Assembly: GCA_965178125.1 (NCBI GenBank)
Contig: OZ237763.1
Location: forward strand, 620,001 to 684,000
Direction of reading: 5' to 3'
Source: Bilabrum cf. latius
Taxonomy: Eukaryota
DNA: 64,000 bases
Numbering within the stretch: the first letter of the stretch is position 1; every line of letters starts with the position of its first letter. Shown here piece after piece: positions 37,293 to 50,251 of this stretch. Both the position numbers and the translations under genes were made by a program. The notes below the pieces were generated by a model that saw only the letters and a program-made list of their open reading frames with translations, did no database searches and was not told where the DNA came from.

Positions 37293-40200
37293 TCGTAATC
37301 GGATACAGCTGCAAATAAAATCTAGTAGCAGTTAAATAAACCGTGCAGACTGGAATGGTGCTGCTTAGAATACAACTTTCAGTTGAGAGAGAGTGAGAAC
37401 AAATCCAGTACGCCGGTGGGTTCGAGAGAGGGTTCAGAAGCCAGCTTCCGGTAGATGCAATTATCAGTGAATCAAACCGCCAGGCCATATCCAAATGATT
37501 TTATACAGCAGAAAAGGCTGCCAGTGGAGTCCAGAACAAGCTTTGGGGCGTTTCAAGTACTATGTGCGTGGTCCGTCGTTGGGATGACGTTAGCTTGTGT
37601 AGTGGCTCTCGTAGTCCTATTAGCTTTCGAAATATACACTGAAAGTAATATTCTTTACACTGGGCGTACCCGCGAGTTGATGCAACGTCGACTAGCCATG
37701 CCTACGCCGGCTGCCAGTGGTGATTTGCCGTTGATTGCTGCTACACAGGGCTCATTGGGGTCAATGGGTGACATATACGCTACATTAATTGTCACTGTGT
37801 TTAGTATGACTGTTTTGAACGTGTATTGGGCGATGCATTACGAAGGCGCTGCTTCTCTTGCCGGAGCGCACGCGATTCTGCAACTGGCTGCATCCGTGAT
37901 GCTATTCGCCGATTTTCGCTTTGTCCATTTGCCCCCCTCGGCAAGTTCTAGCTCATGGCGATCTAGTGCGGCTGCAATTTACGGCATGTATCCAGCAGGC
38001 ATCTGGAAAAACTCGATCGTGATGGTCAGGAAGCTGTTGAGCACGCCATCGGTCACAGTGCTCGACATAAAGCAGTCTTTTCTCATCGACGATCAGTTGC
38101 TCTTTGCTGCCGGAGAGACCTGGGTGATTGTAACGTTCCTGTTTATTGGCTATTTATCACTCGTGCTGGTTGGTGGTTCCGTGTCGCCCGCACCCAAGCG
38201 TGAGATCCAAGCCAAAGTGTGCCGTACTAGCGTAATTATCATCGGGTTTGCGGTTGTGTACTGGGGATATTTAGCGCTTTGCAATTTAGGCTGGATCTTA
38301 CAGCGAGATGCGACCCTTTCCGCGATCGAGGCGGGCAGGTTACAGCTTGCTCAGCTTTCTGCTTCCCCCGGTCGGGTCGTGAGCACAGCCTGGCATGCGG
38401 GAATGGAGCGGCAGTACATGCGCGGTGCTGACGGCCAGCCTATCTGGATGTTAGCCATGGATCGGGCGGCCGAACTGCTCGGGTCACCCGACGGCTCCAT
38501 TACTCCGACTGAGGCTGCTGGCCTTGTCAGCAACCTCACAGCTAAAGTCACGCCAGCTGCGGTGCTGGAGCAGTACCGGCAGAGCCAGGGCACTGCAATG
38601 GAAGGGGCACTCATGAATGGACTTATTGCTTCTGACAGAATTTCGATGTGCTTGCTCGAAGCCGCACACGCTGAATCAGTGCTGGCTGCTGGTGCAGCCC
38701 GGTTACCTGAGCCTGCCGGACATTGGAACGAATCAAGCAACAACTTCATACTTCATAACCAGAGTAGCTTTGTATCGACAATTCAAGGTGGCGTTTAGCT
38801 GAGTTAGTCCTCTAGGTATGTAGCATGGGTATATGCTCTCGGGGGGTTGACACATGGTGCTGCGGCACTGGTTGCCTTGATCACTTTCGTCTTCACGCCT
38901 GTGATTGGGATGGATGCACAGCAGAAAAGCGCATTGAGGCAGTACGATGAAATGAAGTAGGAAGGAAATACCGAAAGCAATGGTACCGCTTGGCCTTTGC
39001 GGTGCTACTTTGTTTGCCTGCAAGGTATAGATGAGTACTGCGGAGCTTGGTCACCGGCTGGCCAATCTGCCCAAACCCCTCAACTCACCACAAGTAGTGC
39101 GATTCCCAGCCTTCGAAACGGCAGTTCTCAAAGTGCACAGCATGAGCAGGGTATAAAACCGCCTACTTGGGGCGGGTGCATTCACCAGGTGCTGTCAGCT
39201 GCTCTCGCGGCCTGCAACCACCCAGCTGGATGCTGCAGGTGCAACCACACGTCGAGCGTGTTAAAGAAAAGATTTCTGCAACCACGCACAGTGTTGGATG
39301 CGATTAAGCCGCGCGAAAATAATAGCGATGACGGAAATGGCTCCAATCTCGATGGCTTGTTTCCTCTCGTGGACAGGTCGGAAATGTTCGCATTCGCCAT
39401 GAAGCTGGCACTCGTGCTGCTCGGGCTAGCTCCTGTTGGAATGGCAACAGTCGTAACATCGACGCCAGGAAATACATACAAAGCATGTTCATGTGCCTAC
39501 GCCAGACTCACAGGAATCGAGGCTGTTTTTCCTTGTGCCGAGGAGCTGCAGGACGTATCCACGCCGGACCTGTTCACTGTGGAGTGGCCTAGAGCAATTA
39601 AAGCTCATGCAGCATTGTATGTCACAGAACGAACGACACAGCTCTTCTTGCGCATGATCATTCTGCTGATGATATTCTAGCTGTCACAGACCTCCACCTC
39701 TCTGCAGCGGGCAATGCAGCAAGCCTTCAGGCAGAAGGCCGCCCTGCAGTCCAGGCTGCGGTTTCTCTCGCACGAGTGCAGGGTGCCTCTGAACTCCATG
39801 GCCATTGGGCTAGACTTCTGCCAGGAAGCCACCAAGCTGGCCAGGCAAGCCATTCAAGAGGGCGCCTGCGATGGGTTGCCTGTCTCTGCTGCAAGCTCCG
39901 GCGAGGACGGGCATGCAGATGTACGTGAGGCTGCAGAGACATTGGCCGAGACGATGCCCTCGCTGGAGGCCGCCGCGGAGTCCATGCAGACCACGCTGAA
40001 TGACATCCTGGACATGGAACACATCGAGTCAGGACGCTTCCAGATCGACAAGCGGTGGGTGCGCCTGCTGCCGTCCATCCTGACAGATACCCGACGGACG
40101 TTCCAGTCGCAGGCGGACGGGATGGGCGTGGATCTGGTGCTGCACAGTGGCCGGGGACTGGATCGCATGCAGGTGATGTGTGATGCCGTTCGGCTGCGCG

Positions 40201-41785
40201 GGGCACTGTACAACTTCACATCGAACGCATTGAAGTGGTCACGGCCGCACGAGCGATTGGTGCATCGGCTGGCGGACGCACCTGCAGCATCAGGCATGTC
40301 GTCGGCGCGGCCTCGTGTGCTGCTGGGCGCATCGTCCTGCCCGCCGTACCTGTGGCGGAAGGAGGACTGGGAACGCGCGAGGCTGGAGCTTTCGGTCTCG
40401 CTGTGTGACAAGCTGCAGCGCGTGGCTCTTGGCGGTGTGGTGGGTGATAGGAGCGCTGGCGGCATCGAGCAAGAGCAGTCTGACGGCCCAGCGGCAAATA
40501 GCATGCATGATCGTTGCGAGTTCCGGGTGGAGTCGGATGGCAAGGATGACGCATGTGGTACGGGTTACTCGGCGACAGACACGTGTTGGCATCACCAGCA
40601 GCTGCACGCAGCGGAGGTACGGAGACAGTCGCTGGCCTGGGTGGAGGCAGGGCTGGACGCGACGGAGACATTGGGTATGTCCCGATCTGGCCCCGAGTCG
40701 TCGATCCATGCTAGTGGCGAAGGGGCGGGCGAGCGGCTAGGGCTGTGCCTGTGGGCATTTGACGAGGGTCCGGGGATCTAGCGCCAGGACTGGGGCAAGG
40801 TCTTCACCCCCTTCGAGACGCTGCACTCGGGCGTCCTCACGGCGGAGGGACAGGGGGCGGGGCTGGGACTGGCCATCACGGCATCTGTGCTGAAGCTGCA
40901 CGGCGGTTGCGTGGGCTTTTCCTCCGTGTATGGTGTGGGCAGCATATTCTACCTGTGGCTGCAGTGCGAGACGCGGCCGCTGGATGGTGGAGGGAAGCAT
41001 GGATCTGATGGGGAGGGTCTGCAGGATCGCTTCATTCAAGAAGGTGCCGGTCGTGACGGTGACATTGGTTACGGTGGTGGCGGCGCAGCTGCAGCCGCAG
41101 CAGGGCAGACCAGTGACCTCCAGGCTGGTGACCACCAGGCGAACGGTATTGGGCTCTAGATCACCGACTCACGGACTGGGGTGGCATCCGGTGCAGAGCA
41201 AGATACGAGTAACACCAACGACAGTAGTATCAGTAATAAGAAGCGAAGAGTGGTACGTAAACGCAAAGTGAAGCTTGGTGGAGGCACATTGGACGGGCCT
41301 GCTGCCGCCACTACCACCAGCAGCACGAGCCGAGCAGCACCCGCTCTGGGCACAGAGGCACCCGCTGCTGCTTCCCCTAGACGGACCATCCTGGTGGTGG
41401 ACGACAGCCGCACTAACAGGGTGTTCATGCAGCGACTGGTTAGGGCATGTCTGGGAGACGTGCGCGTGCTCGCAGCTGAGGACGGCGAGGACGGGCTGAG
41501 GGCTCTGCAGATCCTGGCTGACGAGGTGGGCAAGGGGCGAGGGGAGAAGAAGGGAGAGGGCTTGGCTTGCGACCTGGTGCTACTTGACTTTTCCATGCCG
41601 CGCATGACGGGCCCCGAGATGGTGGCGGCCATGCGAGGGGACAGGCGCAGGTGCATCGCTCGGGTGCCAGTGGTGGGCGTGACGGGGAATGCACTGGCTG
41701 AGGACCAGCGGTGGTTCGTGGATTGCGGGGCGCAGGAGGTGCTGACGAAGCCAGTGCGCAAGGCAGTGATCGAGGAGGTACTAGG
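32970..41785. repeat. Long inverted repeat: arms ~32970-35262 and ~39492-41785 (kinase and receiver halves of the two HK genes)
   Basis: ORF pairs 33972-35039(-)/39714-40781(+) and 32940-33572(-)/41181-41825(+) are nearly identical, with only scattered substitutions. Confidence 0.93.
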
Positions 41786-41825
41786 AAGACTGGAAAAGCT
41801 GCGAGGATCCATTCGATTACATTGA
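37455..41825 (+). CDS. Membrane-bound hybrid histidine kinase, copy B; TAG at 38796, 38805, 38958, 39678, 40779, 41157
   Basis: Same architecture and motifs as copy A in one frame; TGA stop; start is 37455 or a later ATG. Confidence 0.88.
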
Positions 41826-42104
41826 GTGTGCCCAGAGGCAGAGAATCTCATTGATGCCGTATAGATGCCCCGCATAGCACAGTATGCATCGATGGACCCC
41901 GCCCCAAGCAATGGATGTGCCTAGGCAAATTCGATGGAATGCAAAATTGGCGTGGATTTTGGCGTGCAATAAGTATATTTGAAATGGTTTGGGCCAGAGG
42001 TCGACTGGACAATCTTGCAGTTGTTCCGGTTTCCGACTTGGGCAGTGGACAGAATTTCGCATTCTTTTTGGAGGAGGCATACACAACCTGAGGGAACGTG
42101 AACA

Positions 42105-45100
42105 ATGGAAGGCGGATTATTTGTCGACGTAAGAAAGAGTCTTGTTAAGCATAGTAGATATTCCCAATTCTGTGCGTTCATGGTGTGGATCGAGAATTCA
42201 TGGTCGTCGTCGGTACTGCTGTTTGCTTCATGAAAATGTCGAGTGCTAGCATTTTTTAGAGGATGCACAAATGTCTCCGTGGTAGAATATATGTTGCTAT
42301 ACTCATCATCTCTATTCAGCAGGACAAAGCAGTTGCCCAGCGGTATGCGGCCTCGTCGTAGGCTTTGTCCAGTGTGGGCAAGGAGTACCGAGCTGATGGC
42401 GAGACGGAATCATTCCTGGCAAAGAGGCTGCAACTCCTCTCTCAATGCACACCATGGGGAACGAATGTTATAAGCTTTGTGGAAAGTACCATGCACGATG
42501 CCCTTCAGCAGCGCAAGCCGGGCGGGTTCCTAGCGGATGGGACCAGCGAGCTCCAGTTCGAGGCCGACGCGGGCCAGCTCTACAGTCGAGTGGCTGGGGT
42601 CCGTGTGTCTCCGGAGGGAGATCGGGTGCAAATACTGTTGGATAAGACAGCGAGCAGGAAAGAAGCGCTTCTTTCGGCAGCCGACGTGCGAGTCGTGGCA
42701 AAGCACTTTGTGACTGACGGGAACGTGTCGCTTTTCCCACTCACGAAGGACCTTCCGCAGCCCCTTCAGGAGGTGCAGGTGAATCCTCCCTGTCTGGCAG
42801 GCACTGCAATTGCAAGCACAATGCTGCAAGCTAGCCTGATCCTGCGTAACCTCGCCATGGGGCAGGAGATGTCTGCCAAGGCACCCTTTGCCATGCGGCC
42901 GGCTGCCGTGATGCTCGCGGCACGGGGATTATCAGACCATGAGCTGAGCTGCTTGCGCTCCATTCCAACACGAGAACAGGAGGATTCAGATAAGGCCAAA
43001 AGAGAAGCTCGCCCACCCCCGCCACAGCCCGTCGCTGGGTCATTGTGGTGGGACGTGCACGGCGAGGTGCCGGTGGAAAGGCACGAGGAGGAAGCCGGTG
43101 GAGGCATAAGCTGCACCATCGGTACCCCTGCCCTGTGCGTGCAATTCAAGGCGTTCCTGGAAGAGGCTAAGAAGGAATGCGTCAAGGATGCTGCCAGTGC
43201 TGCATGTATGGCGGACGGTTCCCCGCGAAAGCAGAGCGCCCACGGAGGAGCAGATGATGGCTCGGCGGCAGCAACCAAAGGAGCAGTGTCAGGTGCCGGT
43301 GCCCGGAAGGCTGTACCACAAGGGGCGGCAAGGGATCCTCCAGCTGCGCCTGAAGGGGTCCGTAGCAGCGGCACAGGCGTGCATCCTAGGCGCGTGCTGC
43401 TGCTGGGTCGCGCTCTTGCCGACTGCAACAACGGCGGTATGGTCAAGATGGATGACCCACACGACACGGCAATCGCCAGATTTGCACGCGACATAAATGA
43501 TAGCATCGATGTGATGTCCAGGACCTTTCCTCAGTTGGCCCGACTGCGCGAGCTGCATAGGCTGTTTGCTGCGTTCCGGGTCGCAAAGCAGCTTGCCAGC
43601 GATGCAGTTGATCCAGAGAGACAGAGAGACTGGGAAAACATACCAGCTGTCTTGAGGGGTGTGTGCTGCGACTTCAATCCGAGCGATGGAATGCTGCGTG
43701 CCGTATCTAGCGTTGAAGAGGAGTAGGCTGCTGCAAGCAAGGGTGCAAAGTCGCCCATTCAGCAGAGGTTGGTTCCATTCGCCATCGGACTGACGGGTAG
43801 ATACGATGGACTTGCAGCACAGGCAAGCAAAGGCATCGATGGCTGGGAGCCCGACGTAGGCAGCGTGGTGGACGTACAGGACAGGTACTTCCACTATTAC
43901 ACGGCAGAGGTGCTTGCAGTTAGTGCGGACAGTGCTGGTGCCCCGCTATATTTGGTTCACTTCGATGGATGGAACCACGTAAATGACGAGTGGGTTGGTG
44001 TCGAGAGAATGGCACCAATCCACACGCACACATTACGTGGAGCCCGCAGCACGGGCCCAAATAGCGGGGTGCTGGCGCATCCAGAGATGGGGACACAGGT
44101 AGAGTACAAGATCGGAAACATGGGCGACGGCACGCCGTTCTATACGCCAGCTCGCGTGCAGACCTGCAGTGGCCGCGGCGAGAGGGCTACCGTTCTGCTC
44201 GAGATGACTGCGGACTGTTTCAATCCAAGCGACAACAAGCGTGTAGTCGCAAGGGGTTCGAACGTCTACGCCGGACTGGGTTTGATCAGAATGGCCACTG
44301 CCGGCGACTCGCCGACCGAGAGTGACATTCGAGGTGGCATTTCAGGCGGAAGGGTTACACCCGGGCAGCGCGTTGATTTCATGATGGATGCATTCGCATG
44401 GTCCAAGGGAGTTGTCCTCAAAACTGATGCGCGCAGCAACAAAGCTCTGGCTCGCCCGCGTGGGCTAGGTCCAGACTGGGACCACTGGGTGCCATGTGAT
44501 CTCAGCTGTATGGCACCGGAGGGTTCTCGCACCCAGTGGCGCCAAGAGAGCCGGGGGCCGCTCGCGGCGCCATTGTTTGGCGCGCCGGTCTGGCTGAGAT
44601 CTTGCGGTGGGCCCATGGGAACGGGCTTCGAGGAGGGCATGGTAGAGTGCACTGTGGCAAAGGTAGAAGGTGAGGGGGGCCAGGCCAAAGTGTGGGCTCG
44701 GGAAGTATCCAAATCCAAATCCGCAGCCGACCCCGGCGTCTGCGTTACAATGAGTGATGGCCGTCTTCGCCTGCGCAATGCATCCAAATTCCTGCTCGCA
44801 CCAAGCTCTGACGTGTTGGGAGAAACTGACGGCTCCGGTCTGCGAGTCGGGCAGTCCGTGGACGTGCGCGACGACAGTTTTGCGTGGTTCACCAGCACGA
44901 TCGAGGCGGTGGAGAGGCAAGAGGTCGCGGCAAAGGCAGGATCAGGACCAGATGAAGCGCCCGGGCCTGCAAGGGGTCATGATAAGAAGGTGGCCATCAA
45001 GGTCAGATACGATGGGTGGAGCAGATTCTGGACAGAGCGCATTGAGTTGCCGTCCCCTCGAGTGAAGCCTCTGCACACCCACACCCCTGCTGGCTTCCGC

Positions 45101-45385
45101 TCGACCAGAGCCGCACCTGCCATCAAGTGCCCCGAGCCTGGCGTGACGGTGCATGTGGCAATCAAGGGCACTTTGGTGGAAGCGAAGGTGCTTAAATGCG
45201 AAGGAGACACGTGTCTGTTCCAGCGCGTTGCTGCGGGACCAGGGTTCGACTCATTGCACGAACCGGCTGGCAGCATCATCAAGCTGCCTTTGCCCCTGAA
45301 GTACGGCTCTATCCGGGACTCGCTGGCAATGGGAGCTGCCGTGAACAGATGCACACTGGGAGCATGGTAGTCGATCGAGGGTTGA
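42105..45385 (+). CDS. Protein with an uncharacterised N-terminal domain and three Tudor-knot/Agenet-like repeats; probable intron 42129-42319; TAG at 42359, 43724, 45368
   Basis: Repeats VGSVVDVQD..YLVHFDGWNHVNDEWV..RMAPIHTHT, PGQRVDF..WDHWV..CMAP, VGQSVDVRD..KVRYDGWSRFWTE..RVKPLHTHT; TGA stop at 45383. Confidence 0.75.
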
Positions 45386-45495
45386 GTTATAACCTTATGG
45401 GGCAGGAGGGCGGGGGCACGAGCGCAGCGGGTCCACCGGCAAACAGTGCTTGCGAGTTATTACATTGAAATTTGTTTCAGCATTCATCCCTTTAT

Positions 45496-48400
45496 TTAAC
45501 CTTGCACGTCGGCAGCATCCATTTCGTCTACCTCTGCAAATATGCCGTCCACCTGTGCCCGCAACCACTCCCTCCAGGGCTTCGTGCTGAGCTGCTTCTG
45601 CAGCTGGCTCTCCACCTGCTTCCTCAAGTCACGGTATGTGGGCAATTCCTCATCTGGGGTCTCGCTGGGGATCTACAGGATGATATCTCGCAGCACGCTG
45701 TGCACTAGCCGCAGCTCGGCACGCGTCGTACCAGGAGGCGCGGGCTTTGACGAGTCAAAGGATGAGGGCACCGGGCCCGTGACGGTGCTGGCACTTGACG
45801 CTGGAGCATGCGCCTGGGCATCCACGACACCGCTACGAGAGGCAGGGTCATGCAGACCCAGCGCCGACGCTCCCCCAGGCACACCGGGACCACCTGCAAG
45901 AGTCGCCTGCTGCTGCTGCTGCTCTTTCGCGGTACCGTCCTCGCTGCCAGTCCTGCTCTTGGGTGTGTCTACTGAAAACAAACCCTCCAGGTTGATGGCG
46001 TGGCCCGGTGTGGCGCCTGGAGTGGGCAAGGTCAGCGAGGGGTCGGTGCTGCGCACCAGGCCCACGCCAGCACCACCACCGACAGCGCTCGACTCCCTCG
46101 CATCAGAATTGCCCGCCTCAGAATCGCCACGGTTTCCCTGCTGCTCGTCAACCCGTTTGTCTCCGAAAGCACCCTACTCGATTCCAACCACAGATCCGAT
46201 CAGTCCAGCGGCAGTCTGCGCCTCCTGCTCCGACTGAAAGCACAGATCTACCCCGCCTGATGCCGCGCCGTCCCTAGTCTGCAGCACCACGCATTTACCC
46301 GCAAGCATCGACATCTTGGTTTGCACAGAACCGCGGATCAGCCGCAGGGCGGCTTTACAGCGCGCAGGTTTCTTCACCTGCACGCTGATTATGTCGCTAA
46401 GCACGACCCGACGGGCACTCGCTTCGCTTCCTTGCTGTGCGCTTTCTAGCCCGGTCCCGCTGCCTACTGTAGCTGCACCTGCCTGATCGGGCGCGCGGGC
46501 TCCCAGCTACCAATAGACAGCGTCGCCCGGCCTTGCCCACAGAGCGCCCATTGAGAAGCGAGTGTCTGCTGTGGCCGCCTTCATCCCGCACGTGCACACA
46601 ACTGGTGTTGTACGGTCCGATGTGCCGTCCTTGCCGTCGATGCCCGCGTGAGAGGAGGCAGCCAGGGCGCTGGAGGTTGCATCGGCCCCGCGCTGCCCAT
46701 CGCTTGGCCCGGCGTTCTCCCGACCCCGTTCTCCATCTTCCTCTGGGCTCCCAATGTCCAGCACATCCGTGTCCAGGCTGTCTGCGTCCCTTTCTCCTTC
46801 TGCCCAGCCGTCCTCGGAGCTGGCTGCCTGGCCCTTGCTGGCACTGCCTGGCACACCACCGTCAGCACTCCTACGACTATCACCCGCGCCGACTGCAAGA
46901 GAGGCCGCTGGAGCAGACACGCTGCGGTTTCCTGCTATCGCGCCTCCCTCGGGGAACACCAGCTGCACGAGTGGAATTTCAGCACCAGACGCTTGCGCAC
47001 CATCGACCGGTGCCGCGGCAGTGGACTGCAGAACAGACGTCCGCATGGCTTCTGCTGACGACAGCACCAGTCTGGCAGCCCTGAGAGCATCTCGCACAGC
47101 CTCCGCTGCTTCCTCTCTTGTGACGGCCTGATCCTCGCTCTCTGCCTCATGCTGCGCTGCCTTGGCTTGCCGATCTAGCGCCTCCAATTGCGCCTTGATG
47201 GCCCTGCATTCGCCCTCCAGGGCCTCTACCTCCTGGATGTCCTTCCTGGCCTCGGCTTGCATGGCTCTGGCCTTGCCCTAAGCATCGTCTCTGCTCTCCC
47301 GAGCCTGCCTGGCGGCTTCTAGGGATCGATCCAGCCTCTGCCTGCCCTCTGCCAGGCGCTTTTGCTGCACGCCCCGTTTCTTCTCGGCATCTTCCAGCTC
47401 GCGGCGGGCGTCGTCTCGCTGTTTCTGTGCTTGCTTGCGCTGCTCATCTGCGGCAGAAGTCTCTCGCCTTCCTGAGGATGCCTCTGCGACGGCTCGGGCG
47501 GCCTGCATCGCAACGTCATCGGCCTGTTTCCTAGCCTGCTCCTCATCACGAGCGGCCTGCTGGGCCCCGGCCTTGAGCCGAGCTATCTCAGCCCTGAGAT
47601 CTTCCAGTCGCATCGGGCTAGAGGCACTAGAGGCGCGCTCCTGCGCCTGGTGCAGGCTCTGCTCGGCCTCTTCCTGGGCCTGAGACAGCCGTGACAGTGC
47701 GACATCCCTCCGGCGAGCGGCTTGCTCCATCGACTGCCTGGCCCTCTGCAAGTCCTTGCCCAGCGAGGCCTCTGCCTGCACCAACTTGGAGTCCTCCTGG
47801 TCGAGCTGTCGGGCTGCCTGCGCGGACTGCGACGCCTGACGCCGCGCCTCGGCCGCCCGCTGCGTGGCCACCTCTGCCTCCCTCTCCGCCATCCCCGCTT
47901 GTTCCCTGGCCTCCACCAGCTCCCTCGCCTTCTCCCTGTACTTGGCCCACCGGTCCTCCAGCGCCTCCCGCCTCTTCTTCAGCTCGCCTCTCTGCTTGTC
48001 CAGGTGCTCCTCCAGCGCCTCTACCTCTGCCTCTGCCTGCTCCACCATGGCGCGCTGCTGCACGCGCCGCTCCACCAGCACGTCTGCCTCCTGCCGCCCT
48101 GCGGCGCTGGCTTCGCGGAAATCGGCCTCGGCCGCGGTTACCCCAGCGAACTCCAGCTGCAGCTGCCTCCGGAGCTCGGCTGCATCGGCGGCCCTCTGCA
48201 GTACCTGCCTCGTCGATGGCTCCAGGCTCCAGCCGTCCGTGAGCACAGCGGGTGGGACTGCAAGCGAGCGAACGCCCGCCTGCTCGCTGCCTTGTTCCCT
48301 GACGCCGCTCGGCATAGCTCCCTGCCTATCTGCGGCGCAGTTTCCAATCGATACATCCGGTGCCTTTGGCTTGCCGTGTGAGACTCCTGCAGCGTTGCCC

Positions 48401-50082
48401 TCGCCCTTGTGATCATCATTGCCAGCACTGGGGGTTTCAGCCCCTCCGCTTGCTCGATCTGCTCCCAGCAGGACCAACAGCGAGGCCGCCGCAGCCTCTC
48501 CGCACCTCTGGTTGTCCGATAGATCCACCCGTCGAATGAGGGGCAGGGCGCCTTTTCTGAGGCCCTCCAGCAGAACCACGGCTGCCCGGTCGTCCAGGGC
48601 ACATCCAGAGAGATCTAGCTGCTGCAGTGCACTGCCGCTCTCAGCCTCGGCCGACGCTTTGGCAGCACGGCCCGATGATTCATCTGCGTCGCTGATCTGG
48701 CTGCTGAGCAGCGCCTTCATCCCGTATGCCGTGAAGCCGCACCCGGACGAAACCTAGAGCGAGTCGCTGGAAATGCCCGCGCCGGGGCGCGATACCCGGA
48801 GCAGCCCCGAGGCGCCGCTCGCTTCCAGAGCCTCCGATATTTTGCGACCAGTCCCTCCGAGCAACTGCCTCGAATCGCCGCGTGCTCTGCTACTGGGGAC
48901 CATCGCTCCAGTCTGTTCGTTCCCATGCGCCTGCGCCTGCGCCTGCACCTGTGCCTGTGCCTGACCCCCGAGCAGCAAAGCCTTCAGGGACCCGCTGGCT
49001 CCCAAGAGCGCCCCCGCCGCCTCCATGGCCCCGTCAGTCAGGAAGTTGTCGCGGAGGTCCAGCACCTCCATTCGGGGGCACCCGTTGATCGCGGCCGACA
49101 TAACGTGCGCGGCGCCCTGGTTCCGCAGCATGCAGCTGGCGACCCGCAGTACGGCCAGTTCAAGCGCGTCCTGGAGGCCATCAGCGAGCGCACGCGCGCC
49201 CGAGGGACCGATGGAATTGCCCGACAGGTCCAGCACGCGGACTGGGGAGGACCGTCCCTGGGATCGGATCGCCTGTCCCAGGGCGGCGGCGCCCTGCGAC
49301 CGGATGAAGGAGCGAGCAAGGAGCACTTGCTCGAGGGAGGGCGCTCCCTCCCGCATGGCAGCGGCAATCGCCCTGCAGCCGCTGTTACCTACCGGGTTCC
49401 CATCAAACGAAAGCAGCCGCAAAGACTTCGAGGACTTGATTGCTGCAGCGATGGCCACAGTGCCTGCTGGTCCGATGTCGTTCAGGGACACGTCGAGCGA
49501 GGTGGTGCCTGGCATCGCTTCCAGTGCCGCCCCCACAGTGCGCGCTCCACGGTCCCACAGGCCACAGCTCCTCAAATTTATCGACTGTCCTGGAAAGGAT
49601 CCTACGGATTCAGCCGATTGGGCGCTTTCATTGATCTGTCGTATCACTGCAGGATCAAGCTGCCCGGCAGCTCTCAGCTCACCTACCGTCGGTGGATCGG
49701 GTAGGGTGCTCAGGGCTTGACTGTCAGAATGCCTAGTACCTGGATGTTGCATCATGCTCGCACCTATGATTCGCTCGCCTGGTAGGGACAAATCTGAGCT
49801 CACTATGGTGTGCGACCCAAAGCTAGCTTGTCGCAGGCCAATGCTGGGGGGATTTGGCGGCTCTGCAGGACGCCACCTCTGATTGAATCCCAGATTAGAA
49901 ACCGACTGTGCCAATGATGCGTCTTGGCGCGCAAACCTTCCAATTGGGCTGGTTGATCCGCGCAACTCCCGTCCGGCCCCGCTTTTTCGAGACAAGTAAC
50001 TACTCTCGTCGTATGCAGGGCCAGCGTCTCTCCCATCAATCATACTTGTATACACTGTACCATATCCCGAATCAAAGTCCAT
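45496..50082 (-). CDS. RI-like LRR + coiled-coil + PH-like + DEK-C-like protein; TAG at 48754, 47278, 46507, 46174, 45673; TAA stop
   Basis: LRRs (LDVSLNDIGPAG, LDLSGNSIGPSG), long A/E/Q/R coiled coil, PH-like LSDIISVQV..VDLCFQSEQEA, terminal TYRDLRKQVESQLQKQL..WLRAQVD; single frame. Confidence 0.75.
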
Positions 50083-50251
50083 CGGCCCTGGTTGCTACTG
50101 CGAGTACAAGTTGTGTCGCGCAAACGGAAGCCCGGCGCCGCGCGAAGTATCATGCGGAACCTGAACATTTCGGTTGGCGAACTGAGCACGTTCGCGGATG
50201 CATCATGCACCCAAGATAACGGCTAGATGCGCAAGATAAGGTAATATTTAT

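Noticed and set aside
32970-41785. Transposon terminal inverted repeats
   Set aside because: The arms are coding halves of kinase genes; no transposase or target-site duplication seen.
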